Source of the DNA: Rebecca billardiae RCC1528
Lineage: Eukaryota; Protista; Haptophyta
Reading direction: 5' to 3'
Assembly (NCBI GenBank): GCA_965240325.2
Contig: OZ251231.1
Location: 1,488,001 to 1,552,000, forward strand
Length of the DNA stretch: 64,000 nt
The notes beneath the pieces are model-generated. The model was not told where the DNA came from. It ran no database searches and saw only the letters and a program-made list of their open reading frames with translations. Every line of letters begins with the position of its first letter. Position 1 is the stretch's first letter. A program made the position numbers and the translations under genes. Shown piece by piece: positions 19,181-29,595 of the stretch.

Positions 19181-21564
19181 TGACCGCGTTCCGCGGTCCT
19201 TCCGTAGAACCAACGTAGTTAGGGGCCCGCGGTGCACCCTCCGTCGGCATATGCTGTCCGTCCAACGCGCGGCCGTAGCGGCAGCAGCAGCGCGGAGCGC
19301 CGTCGAGCACGCGCGGCAAACGAATAATAATGGAATATTATGCAGCGCGGGCGAGTCGACGGTCTGGAAAATGCGCGATCACGCCACAGCAGGCTGGCAG
19401 AGCCCGCCCCGAGCTGCAGCATGCGCCGTAGGTGCTGCCCCAAGCTCTCGACTGCCCGTAAGCGGCGGCATGTGCGGCGGCGCCGGCGGCGGCCATGCTG
19501 CCCCGCCGTTGCGCGCCGCGGGGCGCTGCCAGCACCTCCGTGGTGAAGCGCACAGCGCTCGAGCCCACAGGGGCTGGCGACCGTCAAACCGACACCCCAT
19601 GACACGGGCCGGGGCTGCGTGTGCCAGCTGCACGCACCCCCTGGGCCCACCTGGCCCGCTCGAGCAGCTCGCGCCTTGGGTGCGCACAGCGGCTCGAGTA
19701 TACTGGTATGGGACGCCTGCTGCGGTGCCGCCGAGCGAGCACGTGCGGCCGAGGGTCACGCAGCACGGGCGACTCGACGGCGGCGAGCAGGCGCGACGGC
19801 CTCGCCGCGCCGCGGTAGAGCCTGCCCGGGCTGCAGCACGCCGTAGGAGCAGCCCAGCGCCCTCCTCCGCCCTCCAGCTTCGGCGCGCGCAGCAGGCCCG
19901 GCGGCGGACATGCTGCGGCGTGCCCAAGCAAGCAGGCAGATGGGCGCTGCCGGCCGCGCCGTCGCAAAGCGCGCAGAACTCGAGCTCGGGGGGGCGGACG
20001 GCCGCCAAACTGGCGCCGCAGGACGTGGCACTGCGTGCGCCAGCTGCGCGCACCCGCTGCGCCCGCGTAGCCCGTGCGAGCGCCGCGCCTCGAGCACACG
20101 CCGCAGCAGCTCGACACAGCCACTGCAGCGCGCACGCAGCCTGCACGGAGTGCACGCCGTGGCCCGTCGGCATCTTGGAAGCCGCCGAGAGCGTGTGCTT
20201 TCCCCGCACGACGGCGGTAGCTGCCGCGATGTATACGAGCGTGCTGCCGCGCCGGCCGCCGCTGCCCGGCCGCTGCGCCGGCTTCCACTCCGCGCCCGCT
20301 GCGCGTCCGCAGCTGGCAGCTGCGCCCGCCGTCAGCCGGCCCGGTGGCCAGCTGCCGCGCTCGCTGGGCGACCACTCGATGATGCGCGCAGCGTAAAGTG
20401 CGCGCTGGGCACCTCCTCGTCGCGTGCAATTTCGAGGTAGTCCTGCATCTGCTCCTGCATCAGCCCCTCCCACCCTGCGCGCGGGCGCGGACGGAGTCGC
20501 ACGCACGCGGTCCGATCGACGATCGATCGAGGCGCGGGCCGCGGCGGGACGGGCGTCGACGCGCAGGTTAGGTAGGTATGGTGCCGGCGCTTCCCGCAGG
20601 CGTTGCGCGCTTGGGGCGAGTGGGGCGCGTGGGCGAGACCAGCGGCCAGCCAGCCCACGCCACCGGCGCGAGGGCACCGGCGCGGCGCGCACACACACTT
20701 TGGGCCGCGGACCTGGTCGCGGGGCCGCCGCGCGGCTGCGTGACCGGCAGCTGTGAGTGAGCTGATCGAGTGAGCAAGCCGAATGCGCGTCCGGAGGTAC
20801 CTGCAGGCGCGCTCGGGGAGGGCCGAGGGCGATAGGTCGAGACCAGCGGCCGGCCGGCACCCGTCGCGCACGCACTCGGTGCGCGCCTTTGAAGGCGGCA
20901 TCCTCGCTCGGGCCGATGTCGTCGCGCCGCTCGCGAGCACGAGACAGCTGACAGGCGGGTAACTTGGTTGTGACAAGCGCTATTCAATTATCAAGGCGGT
21001 TCATCCATCGAGGCAAGCGGGTAACTGGCTTTAAATAGCGCTATTCAAAAGAATCTCTTCAATATGATGAGGAGGTTCATCCAACGAGACAGGTGGGTAA
21101 CTTGGTTTAAAAGCGCTATTCAAAAGAATCTCTTTCAATACCATGAGGCGGTTCATCCATCGAGACAGGCGGGTAACTTCTTTTCGCAAGCGCTATTCAA
21201 AAGAATCTGGCCTCATAGCTGTTTTCGACCCAAAACAATCAAACGTCGCTCGGCAAACTCGTACTCCAGTAGCATACAAGAATGACAAAAATACTCACTT
21301 GTTTCACCCCCGGGGTATCTGATCCCACGTCCGTCCATCGACTTATGCGGAATGGCGTGGGCGCGCTTATTTCGTCAAGCGCGTAGTTGCTAATGCAGAG
21401 CACTATGGGCCAACGTACCCCTCGAAAAATCGAAAACTCACCCTCCAACAGCCCTCAAAATCGTCCCCCATCCCCTTTTCTTTGATCAAAAGATCTTTTT
21501 GACAACGTAGTGAGGGCCCCCGGCGGGGCTCCACGCTACGCGCTCCGCCCTGCACCGCGGGCCA
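19181..21564 (-). mobile_element. Non-autonomous Helitron2/Helentron-like element E3 with PHD-finger relic and central tandem repeats
   Basis: Perfect 13-bp asymmetric inverted repeat GGCCCGCGGTGCA (19224-19236) / TGCACCGCGGGCC (21551-21563). Terminal hairpin at 19182-19198. Read on the minus strand the flanks are A|element|T, with no clear TSD. Confidence 0.7.
20950..21208. repeat. Tandem repeat, ~76-bp unit, about 3.6 copies, inside E3
   Basis: Unit gacaggcgggtaacttggtt..aagcgctattcaaaagaatctcttcaata..gaggcggttcatccatcga starts near 20950, 21012, 21088 and 21164. Confidence 0.9.
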
Positions 21565-21628
21565 TTAATAGATATAGCTAGCTATGTACGGCAGGGCGGG
21601 CCCGAGTTACAGTTACACTCCGCCTGAA

Positions 21629-21672
21629 CTCTCTCTCTCTCTCTAGTCTCTCTCTCTCTCTCTCTCTCTCTA
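21629..21672. repeat. (CT)n microsatellite
   Basis: Directly visible ctctct run interrupted by tag. Confidence 0.9.
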
Positions 21673-21972
21673 GTTAATCGCGCTTTCTCGTCAAATAAAT
21701 ATATTGGGCGCAGTGCGCACGCGCAATGCGGCGCGCTTATTGGCGGCGGATGATGACAACTATACTATACGATAATGATGACGACGCGATCGATGATGAT
21801 GATATGCTGGCAACGATCTGACGGATACGACTACTTGATGAGCTCGTCGAACATTATCGGACGCGACTCTGATGACTATGACGATGATCGGACGCGACGA
21901 CTACTACTGTATAGTCTACTCCAGGCTACGACCTGCGCGCGCATCATCTGCGCTTGATCCTTATGAATCACT

Positions 21973-22977
21973 TCAATGTCGGAGGAGCATCAGTGCATGC
22001 ACGTGCTCGAAGAGCATCATTGAGATGCCGCACAGCGGCGCCATGGTGAACACACGTGCGTACGTGCCGCGCACGAGTGTGCCCCATCCTTCACGCCTGA
22101 TGGCATCGCGCAGCACGGCGATCATCGTCGTGGGGTGCACTTTCGGTGCTGGCGTCACCGTAGCCAGCCGCGCATCGGCGACGGCGAGGTTCCCCGCTGT
22201 TGCCGCTGCCACGGTAACGTGCGCCGCGGGTGCACGCACCTGCAGCCGCGTCTTGATGACGTCGATGGGCTGCGTCGCAGCGGCGGCAATGCTCCCCGCG
22301 CCAACCGCGCAGCCAAAGTGCGCCGCCGCCGCGCGCCGCGCCTCCAAGGGGTCGTCACCGACCTGGCTTGTGACCAACGACGCCTTGAGCCACTCATACA
22401 CGCCCAAGTACAGCCCAGAGAACGGGATGTACGTCATGTACGTGGCGAGCGCCCCAGCGTACACGCCGCGCACGCCTCCGGTCGCGAGGATGTGCGCAAA
22501 CATGCTGACTGCGTTGGATGGATGGGAGCGCGGTTGCGCGACCTGCAGCCGCTGCTTGACAACCTCGTACGGAATGTACACGCAGTTTCCCGCGAGCTCT
22601 GCGCCGACGCCGCATGCAAAGTACAGATATGGGGGCGTGTGCTCCTGGCCTCCGCACCGGCGCTCGATGGTGTTCGCGATCAGCTTGTACGCGGCGTAGT
22701 ACAAGGCGCCTGCCCACGGGGCGAAGATGGGGATGGCGGCGACCCCACGGTACAGGCCTTGAAAGCCTTCAGCGCGGACTGTCCGCCTGGCCATCTCCGC
22801 AAGCGCTCGGCCGGGATGCGATGTGATCGGGTGTGCTGCCGATGCGTTCAGCTTGGCACGCAGCGTGTCGATCGGGTGCATGATGGCGTGAGTGCACGTC
22901 GTCGCAGTCGCACCTGCCGTCGTAGCGGCCACGAACTCGCGCCCGTGTGCTCCCTCTGCCATCGCCGCGGGATGCAC
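21973..22977 (-). CDS. Mitochondrial carrier family (SLC25) protein
   Basis: Three signature motifs: HPIDTLRAKL, IPYEVVKQRLQ and QPIDVIKTRLQ, plus EGFQGLYRG and EGWGTLVRG. The start may be at 22962. Confidence 0.9.
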   Translation of the reverse strand: MHPAAMAEGAHGREFVAATTAGATATTCTHAIMHPIDTLRAKLNASAAHPITSHPGRALAEMARRTVRAEGFQGLYRGVAAIPIFAPWAGALYYAAYKLIANTIERRCGGQEHTPPYLYFACGVGAELAGNCVYIPYEVVKQRLQVAQPRSHPSNAVSMFAHILATGGVRGVYAGALATYMTYIPFSGLYLGVYEWLKASLVTSQVGDDPLEARRAAAAHFGCAVGAGSIAAAATQPIDVIKTRLQVRAPAAHVTVAAATAGNLAVADARLATVTPAPKVHPTTMIAVLRDAIRREGWGTLVRGTYARVFTMAPLCGISMMLFEHVHALMLLRH

Positions 22978-23108
22978 TTGCGTCGCCAGGCGTCACCGGA
23001 CGACCAGCCGGACGCGCGCCTTCGCCGATTCGCCGAAGCCTCCAACCGGGCGAGCCGAGCCGTCCAAGCGACCTGTACCATAGGGCCGGAACCACGCGAA
23101 ACCCGCAG

Positions 23109-24158
23109 ATGGTGTCGGCCATCGCTCGGCACGCGTACGCCCTCATCCTCTCGGCCCCCCACCGTGCGTCGGTGCGCCGCGTCGCGATGAGCGCCGCGCC
23201 GCCGTCGTTGAGCAGCCACGACAAGTTCATGTTCGACCTGAACGGCTTCCTTGTGCTGCGTGGCGTGTTCACGCCGGAGGAGGTGGCTGGTGCGAACGAG
23301 GCGATCGACGCGCATGCCGCGGCGGCTCTGCAGGCGCGCGGCGAGCAGGCCCTGCGCAACACCCTGGACGGCTCGCCGCACTCGGCGCCGGGAGCGCGCA
23401 TGGACATGGGTGGCATGCTCGCCTGGCCCAAGCCGCACTGCGACCTGTTCAGGCAGGTGCTCGCGCATCCGCGGCTCGTGCCCTACCTCGTCGGGCTGCT
23501 CGGCGAGGGCTACCGGCTCGACCACCAGCCGCAGGTGGTGGCGCAAGACCGGGATTCGGAGGGCTTCGCGCTGCACGGTGGGCCCATCTCGGGCGACGAC
23601 GGCCAGCCGCAGGGTATCTTCAACCCCGAGCTGCAGTACCGTTGCGTCCATGCGCAGCCGTGGACCTCGCTGCTCGGCCTCTCGGTGCAGCTGAGCGACC
23701 ACAACGAGGGCGACGGCGGCTTCTGCATCGTGCGCGGCTCGCACAAGCTCAACTTGCCCGTCCCGCACGACGTGGCTCACGGGCTCGCGCCTGGCTTCGA
23801 GGAGCACCTCTACCAGCCAACCACCAAGGCTGGCGACGTCGTGATCTGGGCTGAGGCCACTGTGCACGGCGCCACGCCGTGGCGGGGCGCACATCAGCGC
23901 CGCATCGCGCTCTACCGCTTCGGGCCCGCCAACATGTGCTATGGCCGTGGCTACCTCGGTATCGACCCCGACAAACTCGAGGGCCTCACGCCGCTGCAAC
24001 GAGCCGTGCTCGAGCCGCCGTATGCCATGCGGCTCGAGCGCCCACACGTCACGGCAGAGGCTGTGAGCAACGATCCGAACGGTCCCGCACCCTTGCGGGA
24101 GCGCAGCGCTGCCAAGAAGGCCTTCGACCGCCAGCTCTTCGGCACGGACTACCTCTGA
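23109..24158 (+). CDS. Phytanoyl-CoA dioxygenase (PhyH) family Fe(II)/2-oxoglutarate-type oxygenase
   Basis: FDLNGFLVLRGVFTPEEV, LHGG, GGFCIVRGSHK and AGDVVIWAEATVHGATPW..RR. Possible N-terminal targeting peptide. Confidence 0.85.
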   Translation: MVSAIARHAYALILSAPHRASVRRVAMSAAPPSLSSHDKFMFDLNGFLVLRGVFTPEEVAGANEAIDAHAAAALQARGEQALRNTLDGSPHSAPGARMDMGGMLAWPKPHCDLFRQVLAHPRLVPYLVGLLGEGYRLDHQPQVVAQDRDSEGFALHGGPISGDDGQPQGIFNPELQYRCVHAQPWTSLLGLSVQLSDHNEGDGGFCIVRGSHKLNLPVPHDVAHGLAPGFEEHLYQPTTKAGDVVIWAEATVHGATPWRGAHQRRIALYRFGPANMCYGRGYLGIDPDKLEGLTPLQRAVLEPPYAMRLERPHVTAEAVSNDPNGPAPLRERSAAKKAFDRQLFGTDYL

Positions 24159-24563
24159 GGGTGGCTGCCACCCCGAATGGGACGTGAACATCATTACCGC
24201 CAGCAGGACCATGATGCTCATGCACTCACAGTCACATGCAGTGCCGCCAGGTACGCCGCCGACGCCGTCCTCCGCCGAGTCCTGCTGCGCGTGGCCTAAT
24301 AACCACTATATTATTACTCACGAGACACGACTGGTTTATCACATGGTCCGTCATATCATTGACAGTCATGGTTATACTGTACGGCCACAGGCGGTGTAGT
24401 CACCCGCGCAGGCTTGTACGCGTACCGGCCCGTAGAGCGGCGTACAGTACTGGGTTCGGGGCCGGCGGCATGGCGGAGTGCCGCTAGGCTACGACATATA
24501 TATATATAGACGATCATATACAATAACTGCTCGGCGCGCTCTCCGGCACTTGTTCGGAGCTGG

Positions 24564-27083
24564 CTACTCGGCCTTGCTCCGTCCCTGCTGCGACTTCGGC
24601 GGCTTCATCACGTCCTCGAGCGCCTGCCGGTCCGTGTCAGTGCCGAGCGTGTCGAGCACCGTCGCGCCGTACTTGTCCGGGTCGATGGCGCGCGAGTAGA
24701 GCAGGATCGCTGCGTCCAGCTTGCCCTTGCGGTAGCTCATCGCCTCCACGAGCATCTTGGCCTGCACACGCGGGGCACGAGCCGAGCACGCATCGGCGCA
24801 CGCCGCGCGCGGTGTGTCAGCGCCGCAGACGCGCGGCGCGCTGCCCGCGCCCGCCCGTGTGCGCCCGCGCGCCCGGCTCGCACCTGCGCCGAGGTGAAGT
24901 AGTTGATGCTGGCCGCCAGCTTGATGAGCGACCAGCGCTCAAAGTCGGAGAGCGACTCGATGCCCAGCGTCTCGAGCAGCCGCGAGAACTTGAACTGCTC
25001 CATCGGCGCGGAGAAGTAGATGCCGCGGTCGGTGCGCTTGGCGCTGAGGCGCAGCGCGTACTGAAAGCGCAGCGCGCCCGTCTCTGGCACCTGCGCCGGA
25101 GGAGGGGCGCGCGGCGGAGGGGGAGAAGGGGTGGGTGAGGGGGGCAGGTGACGAGCGGGGCCCGCGGGCAGCGGCGCGCACGCGGCGGCGGCGGCGCGCG
25201 CGGCGCACCTCGGGGAACTGCCACGTGGCGGAGTGGTCGAGCGGCTCCCACGCGTCCACGGCCGCCTCCGCCTCCACCTCGCCCTCGTCCTTGCCCTTCT
25301 TGGGCGGCGGCGCGCCCTTGCGCTGCGCGGAGACGTGGTTGTACTGCACGTCCTTCCACGACTCGAGGGGCGTGGTCAGCTCGCGCTTCCACAGCTCGAG
25401 GCACACCTCGCGCTCGGCGTTGGACGCGAGGTCGAGCTCGATCGGGATCAGCACCTCGTCGATCGCGTGCGTGCACACGTACACGAGCCGCAGCACGCCC
25501 GAGCTGGGCACGGCCGCGGGCGTCGAGAGTCCAAACGGAAGGTTGTTCAGGTGGGTCGAGGTGCACGCCTCGCCGTCGGTGGCGATCGCGCGCTCGAGCA
25601 GCTTCGCGGCGAGGCGGTGGTCCGAGGGCTTCGAGAGCTCGAAGCGGCACGCCACCTCCAGCCCCACGTGCCAGTCGACATAGTCGAACTCGAGCACGCC
25701 GCGCGGCGGCAGCTGCCACGTGATCGAGCCGTCCGCGCCATGGATCGCAACCTTGGCGCTGTCGACGGTGAGGTTAGCCCACGTCTCGCCCTTCTGCTCG
25801 AGCATGCGGAACCAGAGCTTCTCGGCGAGGAAGAGGTCCCACGCGCGCGCGAGGTCGAGCACGTAGTGCCCCGCCGGGTGCGCCGGGTCGAAGCGGCTCG
25901 CGCGGCCGCGAGTGACGCTGGCGCCCTCCTGGATCTCGGTCAGCCCAACCTGAGAGAGCGCCTCCTTGGTGCGGATGGCCTTGACGAGCGCGTCGACGCC
26001 GGTGAGGTCCTGCTGCTCGGCCTTGGTCTGCGTCATGCCCATCGGGTTGAACCCGAGCTCGAGCTCGAGCAGCGACTTGTTGCTCTCGATCCCCGCCGCG
26101 AGCGCGAGCGCGCCGTCCATGTTGATTCGGTTGTGCGAGATGTCGAGGTGGGTAAGCGACTGATTGTCCTGCAGCACCTCCGAGACGGTCCGGCTGCCCT
26201 CGTCGCCCAGGCCGTTCCACGAGAGGTCGATGCGGTTGAGCAGGTAGTTCCGACGCAGCCCGTCCGCCAGCGCCGCGCCGCCCTTCTTCCCCAGCCCGTT
26301 CCACCGCAGCGACAGCTCGAGCAGCGCGCCGTTGGTCGTGAGCATCTCGCCAAATGCGCGCCCCGCCTCCTCGCCCAGGTGGTTGTACGAGAGGTCGAGC
26401 CGGGTGAGCGCGTTGTTCGAGCCGACGGCGGTGGCGAGCGCGAGCGCGGCGCGGTCGTCGAGGTGGTTGCCCCGCAGGTTCAGCTCCGCGAGCGACACGT
26501 TGCCCGCCAGCTTGCTCGCCAGCGCCTGCGCGCCCGGCTTGCCGATTCGGTTGGACGCGAGGCTGAGCGACGTGAGCGTCACGTTCACCGCGAGCACCTC
26601 GGCCATGGCCTCGCAGCCCGCGTCGCCCAGCCAGTTGTCGCCGAGGTTGATCGATCTGATCTTGTCGTTCACCTTGAGGCACTCCGCGACGGCCAGCGCG
26701 CCACGCACGCCCATGCCGTGGTGGTTGAGGTTCTGCGGCACGCGCGCGCGAGGCGCAACACGGGCGTCCGGGCGAGCGCGCGCTCAGCACAAGCTGCCCC
26801 CGCGGCGGGGGCGCCCTCTGCGGTGGGCGCGTGCAGCGCGCACAATGTGCTCGGCCTCCATCTTCGCGATGAAGAGCGCGATGGGCACGATATTCAGCTC
26901 AGCGCACCGCTTGAGGTACTCGCGCTTGCCCGCCTTCTGCGCATCCTCGAGCGGGAACTCGAGCTCGAGGTTGGTAATGTCATCGAGCTCGGCATCTGAC
27001 TCCTCGTCGGAGTCCCAGTCGTCCTCCTCGCCCTCGTCCTCGTCCTCGTCGTACTCAAGGTCGTCGTATGGCAGGTCCTCCAT
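24564..27083 (-). CDS. RNI-like leucine-rich repeat protein (LRRC74-like N-terminus) with DUF4476-like C-terminus; introns 26733-26843, 25091-25208 and 24762-24883
   Basis: About eight 28-aa repeats such as LTSLSLASNRIGKPGAQALA. FDPAHPAGHYVLDL motif. After splicing the C-terminus reads YFTSAQAKMLVEAMSY..KLDAAILLYSRAIDPDKY. All introns are GT..CAG and restore frame. Confidence 0.8.
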
Positions 27084-27287
27084 CGCGCGCGCGGCGCCGG
27101 CCTGCCACAGCAGGACCGCCGTGCCGGTGCGGGCCGAGAAATGAAACAGCACGATGGAAGACCACCCAAACAACCGAAAGGAATCAGAGTGTGCGTTCCC
27201 GGAATGTTGTGGAAGTCCGGCGTTGTGGCCGGCTGTTGAGCTGAGCGAGTGAGCGTTGGCATCCCGGCGGCTCCGGCAGCGTCGACG

Positions 27288-27685
27288 ATGTCACCCGCGC
27301 CTCCGGCGGACGACTTCGAGTCGGTGGCGGAGCGCATGCGCCAGATCTCTGACGTCGCAACGAGCGACAAGCTGTGCGTTGCGCTGCGCCGAGCTGGAGC
27401 CCGCACTGCGCCGCCTCTCCACACTGGTACAGCTGTGCTCACACGGCACTGTCTCCCGCCCCACGTCGCTTCTGTGCCCCGGAACGCTTTCGCAGGCGCT
27501 TGTACGCCCTATACAAGCAGGCTACGAGCGGCGATAATGGCTCGCCGCAGCCTGGATTGCTCGCGATGACCGACAGGGCAAAGTGGGATGCTTGGACGCA
27601 GCTCAAGGGCATGCCAGCCGGCGTGGCGCGCGCCGAGTACATCCAGTTTGCAGCAGGCATCGTCACCAAGGTCGGCAGCAAGTAG
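27288..27685 (+). CDS. ACBP: Acyl-CoA-binding protein; intron 27374-27495
   Basis: Spliced product DKLRLYALYKQATSGDN..PGLLAMTDRAKWDAWTQLKGM..ARAEYI. Confidence 0.92.
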
Positions 27686-28446
27686 GAACCGAGGGCACGC
27701 ACCCTTTCGTGCGACATGGGATCAATGGAGGGTCGACAGTAGCTGGCTGCGCGCGGACGGCGCTGTGGTAGTCATTCCAGCCACAGACACGTGAGCCCCT
27801 GAGGCTGAGTCGGCGGAAGCGGCCCCGCAGCGGGGCCGACTGGCGACTCCCGATGCTTCCCGACGAGGCTCAGGGCCCTGCGGCGTGCCCGTGCAGCCTT
27901 GAAACGTGGACCGATGTTCACCAGAACTACGTAGGACTTTAGGATACTAGTTGAATGCCGGCAACGTCGACTCTGCCTGTCGTGGTCGTAGCAGCATCCC
28001 GCCCCTCCCGAACTCTCCGAAGAGTAGTATTACTGACTTCGATCCGACGCGGTCGGTCGGCGGGCAGCCCGCCTTACTTCACGTGACTGTGAGTCTGTGC
28101 CAGCCAATCCAGCACAGCAAATTCAAAATGCATTGCTGTGATGAGTTACGGACTTACGGGCGTCAATCTCGCCTGCCTGAGCTGTGTGCGTCGTCGTCGC
28201 TTATTCTGGCCGTTAGCCACGAACTTAGTACGACTGCTAAGTTACAACTTATACTACATGCATATCTCGCTCACACATCTACGGTAACGCCTATCGGCCT
28301 AACGGTTAGTGTAAGTAAGTAACGGTATTCGGTAAACAGCACCGCGTAATTCGTCGACGGATGATGGATGAATACGTAGTCTGATCGAATAACGGCGGAC
28401 GGGTACTTTAAGTCGCGCGCCGCGCGGCGCTGGGCCATGACGGCGC

Positions 28447-29457
28447 TCACCGCTGCATCAGCCGGAAGGAGGGCGCGCTCGAGGGGTAGTGCTCGCGAAA
28501 GTGCGCACGGATGCCGGAGAGCGAGGAGCACGGCACTGCACGGTGCGTCTCCGCCCACGCCGCCCGCATGCGCGCAGCGAGGGCCGGTGCCTGGGCGCTC
28601 CCATCGGACTCGTCGTGGGAGGCCTCGTGAATGGTGACGTCGGTGTGGCTCGTGCCCAGACAGCGCACCCACTGCTCCACCTCCTGCTCGCTCGGCACGC
28701 GGATGCCGCCCGCGTAGCCGCCGTGCATGGCCGTCTCGCGCGTGCGCTGCACCGTCTCCAGGCCAGTGAGCACGGCGTTCTGCCCGCCAGTGGAGGCGTA
28801 CTGCGGGAAGAGGAGGACGAGCTCGTCGTCGTTGAGCACCTTGTGCACCAGCGCGAACCACCAGTTGAAGCGCCCGCTCTCCGCGCGCTTCCACTGCAGC
28901 TCGACCACCTGCCCGGGCACGAGCTGGCGGAACGACGGCTGCAGCGGGCTGTGATCCGTGCTGCCGCTCGGCGGGCGCGCGCGTGCAGAGAGGATATGCG
29001 TGCCGCGGCTGGTGCGCAGCACGATGCCGTGGTGCCGGTCGCCCTCGAGCGTCTGCCCGGGCGCGTACGAGACGCGTTCCCACAGCGCCGAGCCGAAGAA
29101 CCCCTCGCGCAGGTCGGAGTTGATCACCTGCACAGGCAGCTCCTCAAGGCCCGCGCCGATCGAGCGCCAGAGACCTTGGGACGAGATGCCTTTCGCGGCC
29201 TGGTATGACCAGAGCGGGAAGTCGCGTGCAATCTGGGCGCGCCAGAGCCCATCGGCGACGCCCTCCATCTCGCGCCGCCACGCCTTGCACACAGTCGGTA
29301 CCGCGGCGAGCGACCGGGCGTCGTCCACAAACGTGAACACGTGCACGAGGAGCTCGGGGGGGATGGCGACGAGGACGTGGGCCTTCGTGGTGGTCGCGGC
29401 ACTTTCAGCGGTTGAGAGCTTCCCCAGCTCATCCGCGAGCTTCGCTTCCGAGCTCAT
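28447..29457 (-). CDS. F-box protein with plant At2g32560-like C-terminal domain
   Basis: F-box IPPELLVHVFTFVDDARSLAAVPTVCKAWR. C-terminal PGQVVELQWKR..NWW..LLFPQY..GGYAGGIR. Confidence 0.8.
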   Translation of the reverse strand: MSSEAKLADELGKLSTAESAATTTKAHVLVAIPPELLVHVFTFVDDARSLAAVPTVCKAWRREMEGVADGLWRAQIARDFPLWSYQAAKGISSQGLWRSIGAGLEELPVQVINSDLREGFFGSALWERVSYAPGQTLEGDRHHGIVLRTSRGTHILSARARPPSGSTDHSPLQPSFRQLVPGQVVELQWKRAESGRFNWWFALVHKVLNDDELVLLFPQYASTGGQNAVLTGLETVQRTRETAMHGGYAGGIRVPSEQEVEQWVRCLGTSHTDVTIHEASHDESDGSAQAPALAARMRAAWAETHRAVPCSSLSGIRAHFREHYPSSAPSFRLMQR

Positions 29458-29595
29458 TCTCGAGACTCGCGCGTCCTCCTCTGTTGGCGCTGCCGGCTGC
29501 CGGAGAGGACCAGTCTTCTCCGTCCGAACTCTTCCCGCCGGCCTGCCCATTCCCGATGGACGAAACTCGGGCACCCGGCCGTGAACGGCCGAGCA

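Noticed and set aside
20950-21208. Regularly spaced repeats as a possible CRISPR array
   Set aside because: The whole unit is repeated with no unique spacers, no cas genes are present, and the context is eukaryotic.
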